Of a DNA stretch of 64,000 nucleotides, positions 34,842 to 43,788 are shown piece by piece. A program made the position numbers and the translations under genes. Every line of letters starts with the position of its first letter. Positions within the stretch are counted from its first letter, which is position 1. Source of the stretch: Dehalococcoidia bacterium (GTDB lineage Bacteria > Chloroflexota > Dehalococcoidia > Dehalococcoidales > W498); NCBI GenBank assembly GCA_011170285.1, contig DUEE01000007.1, positions 70,318 through 134,317 on the forward strand, in the 5' to 3' direction. Under the pieces are notes generated by a model. It saw nothing but the letters and a program-made list of their open reading frames with translations. It was not told where the DNA came from and made no database searches.

Positions 34842-35969
34842 ATGATCAAATCTGTTTTGCCCTATAACCGCATTGTGGCTAAGTTTGGCACTTCTCTTGT
34901 CACCGGCGGCAGCGACCACCTGAACCAGGACATAATGTCAAGATTAGTCGCCCAGGTGGCGCAACTTCACCGGCAGGGTCTGGAGATGCTTTTAGTTTCT
35001 TCAGGGGCAATAGCCTCAGGCAGATATAAGCTGGGCTTGACCAAGGAGCTTAGAGGCATCCCTTTTAAGCAGGTGCTGGCTTCAGTGGGACAAAATCGCT
35101 TGATGCAGGCTTATGAGCAGCTATTTAGTCAATATGATATTACTGTGGCTCAAGCCTTGCTTACCAAAGCTGACCTTTCCGACCGTGCTGGTTATCTGAA
35201 TGCCCGCAATACCCTTTTAGCTTTGCTAGAGCTTCGGGTGTTGTGCATTGTCAATGAGAATGATGTGGTGGCGGTAGATGAGATTCAGGAGGCTAAATTT
35301 GGTGATAATGATAATCTTTCAGCTATGGTAGCCAATTTGGTTGATGCTGACCTGTTTCTAATTCTTACTGATACTGCCGGGCTATATACCGCCGACCCGC
35401 ACCGTAATGCTGATGCCTGCCTTATTTCACAGGTGGAAAGGATAGATTCAAAGATTGAACGCCTAGCGGCTGATACCCCTAGCGGCGTGAGTACTGGGGG
35501 TATGATTACCAAGATAGAGGCAGCCAAGCTGGCTACTGCCTCCGGGATAACTGTGGTTATCGCTGATGGCAGGGAGCCAGATATTATACTACGTCTAGCC
35601 GCTGGTGAGGCTATAGGCACTCGTTTCCTGCCAGCTACCAGCAAGCTGGAGAGCCGCAAACGCTGGATGGTCAGTGGTCTCTCTACCAAGGGGAAACTGG
35701 TGGTAGACTCTGGGGCAGCCCGGGCGCTAAGTAAGCAGAAGCGCAGTCTGTTGGCGAGCGGGATTGAGCAAGTTGAAGATGAGTTTCAGCGCGGCGATGT
35801 AGTGACTATCTACGACCATAAGGGGTCTATACTTGGCTGTGGCATTACTAACTATAGCTCCAGTGATATTTCTATTATTAAGGGGGCACAATCAGAAAAA
35901 ATTGACAATCTCCTCGGCTATGACTATGGCTCAGAGGTAGTGCACCGAAATAACTTGGTGTTATTATAG
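34842..35969 (+). CDS. proB: Glutamate 5-kinase (with PUA domain)
   Basis: 'VAKFGTSLVT', 'LVSSGAIASG', 'NENDVVAVDE..FGDNDNLSA', and a C-terminal PUA 'GKLVVDSGAARAL..GDVV'. Confidence 0.9.
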   Translation: MIKSVLPYNRIVAKFGTSLVTGGSDHLNQDIMSRLVAQVAQLHRQGLEMLLVSSGAIASGRYKLGLTKELRGIPFKQVLASVGQNRLMQAYEQLFSQYDITVAQALLTKADLSDRAGYLNARNTLLALLELRVLCIVNENDVVAVDEIQEAKFGDNDNLSAMVANLVDADLFLILTDTAGLYTADPHRNADACLISQVERIDSKIERLAADTPSGVSTGGMITKIEAAKLATASGITVVIADGREPDIILRLAAGEAIGTRFLPATSKLESRKRWMVSGLSTKGKLVVDSGAARALSKQKRSLLASGIEQVEDEFQRGDVVTIYDHKGSILGCGITNYSSSDISIIKGAQSEKIDNLLGYDYGSEVVHRNNLVLL

Positions 35970-35984
35970 GTTTGTGGGAGAGTT

Positions 35985-36150
35985 AGAGAGGCTTTGCCTC
36001 TCTTATATAACCAATTCCCCTTCCCCTTGATAAGGGGAAGGGGCAGACCCGCCTTGCGTAGCTCGACAGAGTCGCAGTCTGGTGACCTTTGGCTCGACTC
36101 GGAGAGAGGATAAATCCTTCACAGGTGAGGGGAATAAAGGGGATAGGGTG
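35985..36150. repeat. PQ palindromic element in inverted orientation, abutting the methyltransferase start codon
   Basis: Q agagaggctttgcctctct (35985-36003), P ccccttccccttgataaggggaagggg (36017-36043), then atccttcacaggtgagggg..aaaggggatagggtg ending at 36150. Confidence 0.85.
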
Positions 36151-37509
36151 ATGGATGAACTAAAGACTAATGTTCTTTACTTTGGCGACAATTTGGAAAT
36201 ATTATGTAAGTATATTCCTGATAACTCTATTGACTTGATATACCTAGACCCGCCGTTTAGTAGTCTTAAGAGCTATAACACCTTATTTAAGGAAAGTGAC
36301 CGCTGGTCTGAGGCGCAGATAAAGGCTTTCTCCGATACCTGGACTTGGGACGAGACTGTGGAGAGAACTTACTATGATATTCTTCGGGCTGCGCCGCCAC
36401 ATATAGCCAAGTTAATTGATGCTATGCATAGTGTTCTAGGCGACAGTAATGCGGTGGCGTATCTGGTTATGATGACCCGGCGACTAATTGAACTCCGCCG
36501 TGTGCTAAAGGATACCGGCTCTCTTTATCTTCACTGCGACCCCACCGCCGGTCATTATCTGAAACTGGTACTAGACTACATGTTTGGACCTAATAATTTT
36601 ATAAACGATATTGCTTGCTACTATGGAACAGGTGGGGTTGACACAAGTTGGTCGGGAAGAAAGATTGACACTATTTTCCTTTATGCAAAATCGGGTAATC
36701 ATTTCTTTAATCCACAAAAAGATGAGTCTTATTTGGAGCGTAGACGCGGGTTATCAAATACTAACATAGAGCATAATGAGAGCGGCTATAATACTCGGAA
36801 TTCTATGAGTGATGTTTGGGATATTCCGGGCTTGCGGGGTAGCCAAAATGAAATGTTTGGCTATCCTACCCAGAAACCCCTTGCCCTTTTAGAGCGCATT
36901 ATCAAGGCTAGCTCTAATGAAGGGGATATTGTACTTGACCCATTCTGTGGGGGTGGGACGGCGGTAGTGGCTGCACAGAAACTAAATAGACGCTGGATAG
37001 GAATTGATATCACCCATCTAGCTATTGGTATAATGCGAAACCGTCTTAAGGATGGCTTTGGCATTGATGCCGATATTATTGGCGGGACAGTAGATTTGGC
37101 TTGGGCTAAAGCTCTAGCTCGTCAGGACACATATCAGTTCCAGTGGTGGGCACTGAGCTTAATCGGATCCCAGCCCCTTGGCGAGAAAAGGAAGGGCGCT
37201 GATAAGGGGATTGATGGAGTTATTCACTTTATAGATAATGCTAGCGGCGGTGTGAAGCGAGTGGTGGTTCAGGTAAAGAGTGGGCATGTTGGAGTAAATA
37301 CTGTTCGTGAACTCAAAGCGGTAGCCGCCAACGATGCCATCGGAGTGCTTATCACCCTTGAGTCACCTACCAGTCCAATGAAGGTTGAAGCGGTGGATGC
37401 TGGCTATTATCGTTCTCCAATCTATGATAAGGATTATACTAAAATACAGATATTGACCATAGAGGAGTTGCTAAACGGCAAAACGGTTGATATGCCCCCT
37501 TCCCCTTAG
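36151..37509 (+). CDS. Beta-class N6A/N4C DNA methyltransferase fused to a C-terminal Mrr-like (PD-(D/E)xK) endonuclease domain
   Basis: Motif IV 'IYLDPPFSS' precedes motif I 'VLDPFCGGGTA'. The C-terminus 'GADKGIDGVIHF...VVVQVKSGHV' fits the Mrr_cat D...(E/Q)xK pattern. I moved the start to the ATG at 36151, because the track ORF's first 23 codons are repeat sequence. Confidence 0.8.
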   Translation: MDELKTNVLYFGDNLEILCKYIPDNSIDLIYLDPPFSSLKSYNTLFKESDRWSEAQIKAFSDTWTWDETVERTYYDILRAAPPHIAKLIDAMHSVLGDSNAVAYLVMMTRRLIELRRVLKDTGSLYLHCDPTAGHYLKLVLDYMFGPNNFINDIACYYGTGGVDTSWSGRKIDTIFLYAKSGNHFFNPQKDESYLERRRGLSNTNIEHNESGYNTRNSMSDVWDIPGLRGSQNEMFGYPTQKPLALLERIIKASSNEGDIVLDPFCGGGTAVVAAQKLNRRWIGIDITHLAIGIMRNRLKDGFGIDADIIGGTVDLAWAKALARQDTYQFQWWALSLIGSQPLGEKRKGADKGIDGVIHFIDNASGGVKRVVVQVKSGHVGVNTVRELKAVAANDAIGVLITLESPTSPMKVEAVDAGYYRSPIYDKDYTKIQILTIEELLNGKTVDMPPSP

Positions 37510-37545
37510 CAATGGATTAAGGGGATACAGGGGATAGGGTTACCG
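37501..37545. repeat. PQ element head fragment (inverted orientation), overlapping the methyltransferase stop
   Basis: tccccttagcaatggattaaggggatacaggggatagggttacc. It shares 'aggggatagggt' with 36138-36149. Confidence 0.75.
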
Positions 37546-37571
37546 AAATTAAAAGCTAAGGAGTAAAAGAT

Positions 37572-38846
37572 ATGAAATCAGCTATTGAAGAACTGGAAGC
37601 GAAGGCTAGAGCGGCTAAGGCGGCGTCTCGGCGGATGGCTTACCTTTCGGCTGAGGTCAAGAATAAAGCTTTACATAATATTGCTGACGACCTGTTAGTT
37701 AAGAAAGATGAAATACTGGCTGCCAATAAACTTGATTACCAGGAGGCTCAGGCATCTGGTATGAGTGCGGCAATGCTTGACAGATTGCTGTTAGACTCCA
37801 GTCGCATCGAGGCTATCGCCCAGGATGTGATGGCGGTAGCAGCATTGCCTGACCCGGTGGGAGAGGTATTTGATATGCGAACCATGCCCAATGGATTGCA
37901 AATAGGCAAGAAGCGGGTTCCATTGGGTGTAATGGGAGCTATCTATGAGAGCCGACCGAATGTTACTATTGACATCTCTGTCCTGAGCCTGAAGGCAGGT
38001 AATGCCATCATCCTCAGGGGAGGCAGGGAGGCAATTCATTCCAATAATGCTTTAGCCAGGGTAGTTCAGGATGCAGCCACAAGAGCCGGCATGCCTGATG
38101 GGGTGGTGCAGTTTATTGAGAATACTGACCGGGCTCTGGTAGATAAAATGCTCAGAATGCGTGACTTTATTGACCTAATAATCCCGCGGGGTGGATCCGG
38201 ACTGATAAAGTTTGTCACCGAGAACGCTACTATGCCGGTGCTCAGTGGTGGGATTGGTGTTTGCCATACCTATGTGGACAAGAGTGCTGATATGGAGAAG
38301 GCGGTAGCTATCGCATTTAATGCCAAGGTGCAACGACCCACGGTGTGCAATGCCTTGGATACCCTGCTGGTTCATACTGATATTGCTCAGCGTTATTTGC
38401 CTCTGGTGGCGGCTGAGTGGGCAAAGTCTGGGGTGGAGATGCACTGTGATGAGCGGGCTTTGGCTATCGTTAGGGCAGATATTTCCTTAAAGCTAGTATC
38501 AGCTACAGATGAGGATTGGGGTAAGGAATTTTTGTCGCTGAAGGCGTCAGTTAAGGTGGTGGACTCTCTGGACGAGGCGCTAGAACATATTGAGCGCTAT
38601 GGCTCAGGGCATTCAGAGGCTATTATTACTGAGGAATATCAGGCAGCGATGCGCTTTCTTAATGAAGTAGATGCCGCCTGTGTATATGTTAATGCCAGCA
38701 CCCGGTTTACCGATGGTAGTCAATTTGGCTTGGGGGCTGAGGTTGGCATTAGCACTCAGAAATTTCATGCCCGAGGTCCATTAGGATTAAAGGAACTAAC
38801 TACCTATAAGTGGATTATCTTCGGCAGTGGGCAGGTGCGACCTTAA
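37572..38846 (+). CDS. proA: Glutamate-5-semialdehyde dehydrogenase
   Basis: 'IYESRPNVT', 'AIILRGG', 'CNALDTLLVH' (catalytic Cys), 'GSGHSEAI', 'VNASTRFTDG'. Confidence 0.9.
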   Translation: MKSAIEELEAKARAAKAASRRMAYLSAEVKNKALHNIADDLLVKKDEILAANKLDYQEAQASGMSAAMLDRLLLDSSRIEAIAQDVMAVAALPDPVGEVFDMRTMPNGLQIGKKRVPLGVMGAIYESRPNVTIDISVLSLKAGNAIILRGGREAIHSNNALARVVQDAATRAGMPDGVVQFIENTDRALVDKMLRMRDFIDLIIPRGGSGLIKFVTENATMPVLSGGIGVCHTYVDKSADMEKAVAIAFNAKVQRPTVCNALDTLLVHTDIAQRYLPLVAAEWAKSGVEMHCDERALAIVRADISLKLVSATDEDWGKEFLSLKASVKVVDSLDEALEHIERYGSGHSEAIITEEYQAAMRFLNEVDAACVYVNASTRFTDGSQFGLGAEVGISTQKFHARGPLGLKELTTYKWIIFGSGQVRP

Positions 38847-38850
38847 ACGA

Positions 38851-39582
38851 TTAGTATGTCCTTGTTGCTTCCAGGGCGGCTTGCTGAGCTTCAAACAGTT
38901 GCTTTATGCCCTTTTCAGATAAGGAAAGCAAGGAATCAACGGTCTCCTTGGAGAAGGGCTTAGCTTCAGCCGTAGCCTGAAGTTCAACAAACTTGCCCTC
39001 GTTGGTCATCACCACATTAAAATCAACCTCAGCATTGCAGTCTTCATCATAACAAAGGTCTAACATCATATAATTATGCACGATACCAACGCTGGTGGCA
39101 GCTACGGTGCTCTTTAGCGGTATAGATGATATTATCCCCATATTTACCAGGGTTTGGAGAGCTTGAAATAGGGCTACATAGGAGCCAGTAATAGCTGCAG
39201 TTCTGGTGCCACCATCTGCCTGAAGCACATCACAGTCTATAATTAGAGTTCTCTCCCCCAGTGCAGTGAGGTCAGTTATTGCCCGAAGTGAACGTCCAAT
39301 GAGACGCTGTATTTCCTGACTCCTGCCAGCCACCTTGCCCAGCGAAGAATCACGGGGAGTGCGGGTAACAGTGGCACGGGGCAACATTGAGTATTCAGCC
39401 GTAATCCAGCCGCTACCTTCTCCTCTGAGGAAACCTGGCACCCTATCCTCCACACTGACCGAGCACAGCACTAGGGTCTTCCCCAATTCTATAAGCGCTG
39501 AGCCTTCAGCGAAGCTTTGGAATCCGGGAGTTATTTTTAGTGGTCGCAGTTCGTCCCAGGCACGTCCATTAGCCCTTTTCAT
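38851..39582 (-). CDS. rph: Ribonuclease PH
   Basis: 'GRAWDELRPLKITPGF..AEGSALIELG', 'AEYSMLPRAT', 'DCDVLQADGGTRTAAITG'. Confidence 0.9.
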   Translation of the reverse strand: MKRANGRAWDELRPLKITPGFQSFAEGSALIELGKTLVLCSVSVEDRVPGFLRGEGSGWITAEYSMLPRATVTRTPRDSSLGKVAGRSQEIQRLIGRSLRAITDLTALGERTLIIDCDVLQADGGTRTAAITGSYVALFQALQTLVNMGIISSIPLKSTVAATSVGIVHNYMMLDLCYDEDCNAEVDFNVVMTNEGKFVELQATAEAKPFSKETVDSLLSLSEKGIKQLFEAQQAALEATRTY

Positions 39583-39654
39583 CTAAACTCTCTCCTTATA
39601 CGATAGATTAGAGTATAGCATTGATATGTGGCAATGGCAATTAGGTTTTATTTG

Positions 39655-39740
39655 GTAACCCTATTCCCTTTATCCCCTTCCCCTTGATAAGGGGAAGGGG
39701 ATGATAGTAAAAAAAGAGGGGCTTCGCCCCTCTTAAACAC
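39655..39740. repeat. PQ palindromic element
   Basis: Head ggtaaccctattccctttatcccc, P ccccttccccttgataaggggaagggg (39674-39700), Q agaggggcttcgcccctct (39715-39733). Confidence 0.85.
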
Positions 39741-39772
39741 CCAGTTTGCCCTTCATTCACATCACTAGTAAA

Positions 39773-40567
39773 ATGGGTACTATGAAAGTATTTCTTGCAC
39801 ATGCTAAAGAAGACTCTGACGCGGTTAAAAGAGTGGGCCAATTCCTTGTGAGTAAGGGTGTTGAAGTTTGGCTGGATGACTGGTGTCTTACTCCTGGTGA
39901 TTCTCTAACTCAGAAAATTTTTGAAGAAGGTATTCCAACTGCAGACCGACTTGTAGTGTTTTTGTCACTTTTCTCGGTAGAATCTAACTGGGTTGAGCGA
40001 GAGCTTGCTACTGGCACAATAATGGAGCTTGCCGAGGAAAAAGAACTTGGTGTCAAGTTTGTGATACCCGTATTGCTAGTGGAGTGTAAGATTCCTTATA
40101 TGCTACGGGATAAGCTCTATGCCAACTTCATAAATAAATCGTTTGACTCAGCCTGTGAGGAACTCTATCGAGGTATAATGGACCAACCCAGCGGGCCGCA
40201 GGAGGTAAAATTCAAGAACCGATATATTCATTACAAGGAGGTTGCTCCACAGCATGGAGGCAGGTTCACACTTCTAATAGAATTTGGTGTCGAAGTATCT
40301 CCAGTAGAGGGGTTTAATGGATGGGTTCAGGTTTCTACCCCATATAAACATGCACAGTTCTTGTACGGCCAATCCAACTTTGGGGGCTTTCCTATAGGTG
40401 GAGCCTATGCTGGTGTAATTGAGGTTAAGGAAGAGACAAAATACACATTGGTGGTATCGAACCAGATTACGCCGTCTACTAGTTTATATTTCCTCATAGA
40501 GGCTGATGAGCGTTTCGAGATTGTTGCTTCCAGCTTCGGGGATTATTATGGGAACCAAGAGGTTTAG
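39773..40567 (+). CDS. TIR-domain protein with an uncharacterised beta-rich C-terminal domain
   Basis: 'KVFLAHAKEDSD..VEVWLDDWCLTPGDSL..ADRLVVFLS..SVESNWVERELA' is a bacterial TIR_2 pattern including the conserved Glu. The start is uncertain (ATG 39773 or 39782); the track TTG at 39746 lies just past the repeat's Q hairpin (39715-39733). Confidence 0.8.
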   Translation: MGTMKVFLAHAKEDSDAVKRVGQFLVSKGVEVWLDDWCLTPGDSLTQKIFEEGIPTADRLVVFLSLFSVESNWVERELATGTIMELAEEKELGVKFVIPVLLVECKIPYMLRDKLYANFINKSFDSACEELYRGIMDQPSGPQEVKFKNRYIHYKEVAPQHGGRFTLLIEFGVEVSPVEGFNGWVQVSTPYKHAQFLYGQSNFGGFPIGGAYAGVIEVKEETKYTLVVSNQITPSTSLYFLIEADERFEIVASSFGDYYGNQEV

Positions 40568-40576
40568 AAGCCCCTA

Positions 40577-41485
40577 ATGAATATCAGTCCTGAAATTATT
40601 AGCCTGATAGATGAAGTCAGAAATGACAGAACTCACGGTGCCAGCCAGTTGGCTAGGCAGGCAGTCAGTGTATTGAAGGTTGCTGCCGAGCACAGCCAGG
40701 CATACAGCGTTGAGCAGTTTTTGCAGGAGCAAAAGGAGGTGGGGGAGAGATTAATGTCAGCCCGTCCAGCTATGGCACCACTATTTAATATCGTTAATCG
40801 TTTGCTTAGCATTGTATCAGCAAAAGCCATAGGGATGGATTTGCATTCAATTAGCCGCTTAACCATTGATAAAGCTGATGAGGTAATCAAGTATTCAATA
40901 CAGGCTATAGCTCAGATTACAAAATATGGCTCTGAGCTAATTGCTGGCGGTGACATAATAATGACTCATAGCTATAGCTCAACAGTGGTAGAAGTGCTGA
41001 AGGACGCCTTTACTAAATATAGTATTGAGGTGATTACTACCCAGTCAGGATGGGGTCGCAGTGGTGAGATTACTGCCCGGCAACTTGGTAGTTATGGGAT
41101 ACCGGTTACCTTTATTGATGATACAGCTATGGGGCTTTATATATCAATGGTGAATAAGGTCGTAGTCGGTGCTGATAGGGTATGTGCTGATGGCAAGGTG
41201 GTTAATGGAATAGGTACTTATCAGCTAGCCTTAGCTGCTAAAACTGCTACTATTCCCTTTTATGTATTGTGTGAGACGCTAAAGTTTGACCCCCGGCTAA
41301 AGAGTGATGCGGCTGATTTGGAGGAGAAAGAGACATCTGAGGTGGTTGAACCGGGGAAATTGCCGCCAGAAGTTAAGGTTAGAAACCCCGGCTTTGATAT
41401 TACACCTCTGGAGCTGATTACTGGGATAGTCACTGAAAATGGATTACTTACACCTGAACAGGTTATCAGTTATGTTCAAAAGTAA
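40577..41485 (+). CDS. eIF-2B alpha/beta/delta-family protein (ribose-1,5-bisphosphate / MTR-1-P isomerase-like)
   Basis: 'VVVGADRVCADGKVVNGIGTYQLALAAKTATIPFYVLCETLKFD' is the family core. Confidence 0.8.
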   Translation: MNISPEIISLIDEVRNDRTHGASQLARQAVSVLKVAAEHSQAYSVEQFLQEQKEVGERLMSARPAMAPLFNIVNRLLSIVSAKAIGMDLHSISRLTIDKADEVIKYSIQAIAQITKYGSELIAGGDIIMTHSYSSTVVEVLKDAFTKYSIEVITTQSGWGRSGEITARQLGSYGIPVTFIDDTAMGLYISMVNKVVVGADRVCADGKVVNGIGTYQLALAAKTATIPFYVLCETLKFDPRLKSDAADLEEKETSEVVEPGKLPPEVKVRNPGFDITPLELITGIVTENGLLTPEQVISYVQK

Positions 41486-41499
41486 ATAATTGTTAATAG

Positions 41500-41931
41500 C
41501 TAGCTTTCATACACCCGGGCTAGGGTTTCTTTGAGCTTGGGCACGGTTTGGTAGTTAGCAATATCTTCGGGGTCTATCCACTGTGTTTCTTTATGTTCCC
41601 AATCAATTTTGATCTTGTCTCGGTCTTTTATTTGAAAAAGATAGGGGTGAACCACCCATTTAACATCAAGCTTCTCATCTTCAATCGGTAGCGGTTTGCC
41701 CTTTTTTACTAATTTAAGGTCTTTCCTGTCTAGGCTGGTTTCCTCTTCAATCTCTATGAAGGCTTGCTCATCGGCAGTCGTCTTTACCTCTATATAACCA
41801 CTAACTCCTGCCCACTTTCCTTGATAGCTGCCTACTTGCGCACTGCGTCGCAAAATCAGTATTTCATTTTCAGATTTAAGAAAGCAGGTAACGACATGTT
41901 TTTCCTGTAGGGGTTTATTTATCAACCTCAC
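41500..41931 (-). CDS. NUDIX hydrolase
   Basis: Nudix box 'GVSGYIEVKTTADEQAFIEIEEETSL' (GX5EX7REUXEEXGU-like). Confidence 0.8.
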   Translation of the reverse strand: MRLINKPLQEKHVVTCFLKSENEILILRRSAQVGSYQGKWAGVSGYIEVKTTADEQAFIEIEEETSLDRKDLKLVKKGKPLPIEDEKLDVKWVVHPYLFQIKDRDKIKIDWEHKETQWIDPEDIANYQTVPKLKETLARVYES

Positions 41932-41979
41932 CTCTGCCTAGGGCGGACTCTGTCGGTTCTTCTGTTTCCTAACAAATAG

Positions 41980-42501
41980 CTACAATTTTTGGCTTAACAG
42001 GTATTCTTTTAACCAGGCTAGGGCAGCATTGGCAGCGTCTCGCTTATTTTGCTCTCGGTTTCCTAGGAAGTTGTGTTTCTGATTATAGGTTCCAGCCCCG
42101 TGTGATAAGCCAATGTAGAATAGCCCTATTGGTTTTTCTGTAGTGGCACCGGTGGGTCCGGCGATACCAGTATCAGCCAGGCATATATCTACGGCTAATA
42201 CTTTTCTGCCACCTTGTGCCATTTCCTCAGCTACCTGGTGGCTCACGGCACCATATTGGTTAATGGTATCTGCTTTCACTCCGATTACTTTAATCTTGAT
42301 CTCGTTACTATAGGCAGTGATAGAACCTTTATAGTATTCTGAGCTGCCAGGGACATTAGTTATCAAGTGTGATATTAGCCCTCCGGTGGCTGATTCCACT
42401 AATCCCAGGGTTAGCCCTTTCTGGCGAAGTAAATTTCCTACCTCTTGCTCTAGACTAGTCATGGCTGAGATAAACCTTTTCATCAGGGTATTAGCATCCA
42501 T
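41980..42501 (-). CDS. pncC: CinA C-terminal domain protein (PncC-type nicotinamide-nucleotide amidohydrolase)
   Basis: 'LGLVESATGGLISHLITNVPGSS.YYKGSITAYSNEIK' and 'TGIAGPTG'. Confidence 0.85.
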   Translation of the reverse strand: MDANTLMKRFISAMTSLEQEVGNLLRQKGLTLGLVESATGGLISHLITNVPGSSEYYKGSITAYSNEIKIKVIGVKADTINQYGAVSHQVAEEMAQGGRKVLAVDICLADTGIAGPTGATTEKPIGLFYIGLSHGAGTYNQKHNFLGNREQNKRDAANAALAWLKEYLLSQKL

Positions 42502-42507
42502 TCCTCT

Positions 42508-43170
42508 TTATAGCCAGCTAAGTATATTTTCTTTAATGAATTCAAAATTACGCTTTACCTTTTCAGCTCCAGTTATAATATCCATATGACCGGGAAGCAA
42601 ATACTCAATTTTTAACCGTGATAGTTCTTCTATAGAGTGCTTGAGCTGTTCACCATTGCCACCGGGGAGGTCAACCCTGCCTGTATTCTGGTTAAAAATG
42701 ACATCCCCACAAATCAGAATTCCCTCCTTTTTATTGTAAAAGCAGATACTATCCAGTGAATGCCCCGGGGAGTGGATAAGCTCGAATTCCATGTCTCCGC
42801 TATTTAGCCAGTTATTATCCAGATAGCCATCTTCTTTAAACCCCACTGCTGTAAGACCAAGAATTTTTGATACCTCTATAAGGGTTATGTTGTAAAACTT
42901 CTGGTGTAAGGGGTGGGAGAGGATTTTGGCTCCAGAGGTTTCCTTTAAGGCTGTATTTGCCCAGCAATGGTCGAGGTGGAGGTGGGTATTAGTGATAATA
43001 TCAATATCTTCAGGGTCAATACCGTCTTTGCCCAAATCTTCTATTAGTGCTGGTAGGAATTCAGTAAATCCAGGGTCTATAATGACGGTGAGGTTGTCCT
43101 TAATCACATAGGTGTTGCAGTCTAATATTCCCTTTTCGGGGTAAAAGTATAGATTATCTGTCAGCTTCAT
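42508..43170 (-). CDS. MBL-fold metallo-hydrolase
   Basis: 'THLHLDHC' (HxHxDH), 'HSPGHS', 'GDVIF', 'LPGH'. Confidence 0.85.
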   Translation of the reverse strand: MKLTDNLYFYPEKGILDCNTYVIKDNLTVIIDPGFTEFLPALIEDLGKDGIDPEDIDIITNTHLHLDHCWANTALKETSGAKILSHPLHQKFYNITLIEVSKILGLTAVGFKEDGYLDNNWLNSGDMEFELIHSPGHSLDSICFYNKKEGILICGDVIFNQNTGRVDLPGGNGEQLKHSIEELSRLKIEYLLPGHMDIITGAEKVKRNFEFIKENILSWL

Positions 43171-43254
43171 ATCATTAACCTATTGATTATATAGTAACTA
43201 TTGGTTAAAATAAAGCTAAAATGTAGCTCACCTAATAAATAAGGAGGTTCTATT

Positions 43255-43464
43255 ATGAGAGTATTAGCTTTAGTTCTTGCTATCTTGGGTGGACTGTGCA
43301 CGGTGCTGGGAATCCTTACTGCGGTAGAAGTAGTCCCAGCATTTATTGCTGCGGGAGAGACTACTAGCCTAGTTGCTTATAACACCGCAGGCTGGGGAGG
43401 GCTAGCCGTGATTTTACTCCTGGGCTGTATTGCTGCCCTTCATGTTCATCATGGACATGAATAG
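43255..43464 (+). CDS. Small membrane protein
   Basis: 69 aa with two hydrophobic helices. AAGGAGG SD upstream. Confidence 0.45.
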   Translation: MRVLALVLAILGGLCTVLGILTAVEVVPAFIAAGETTSLVAYNTAGWGGLAVILLLGCIAALHVHHGHE

Positions 43465-43473
43465 CTGAGCTTA

Positions 43474-43788
43474 ATGGCTGTGCCTACTTCGGAAAATAAA
43501 GCAAAAATTTCACTGCGTGTTTACCCTAATACCAACAGGAGTGAGGTGGTAGGCTTTAGGAATGGGGTATTGCAGGTAAAGGTGTCAGCGCCGCCAACCA
43601 AAGGTCAAGCTAATAGGGAACTCATAGCTTTGCTCAGCCAGCTTCTGGGAATAGACAAGGGCAGTATAGATATTATAAAGGGTCACACCATTAGGAATAA
43701 GGTTGTAGCTATAGATGGTTTAAGCCGGGAAGAAGTTATGAAACGGCTTACATATAAGCTCTTTTCTTCCGGCGGCGCCAGTAGATAA
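43474..43788 (+). CDS. DUF167 (YggU) family protein
   Basis: 'ISLRVYPNTNRSEVVG..GVLQVKVSAPPTKGQANRELIALLS..L'. Confidence 0.8.
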   Translation: MAVPTSENKAKISLRVYPNTNRSEVVGFRNGVLQVKVSAPPTKGQANRELIALLSQLLGIDKGSIDIIKGHTIRNKVVAIDGLSREEVMKRLTYKLFSSGGASR

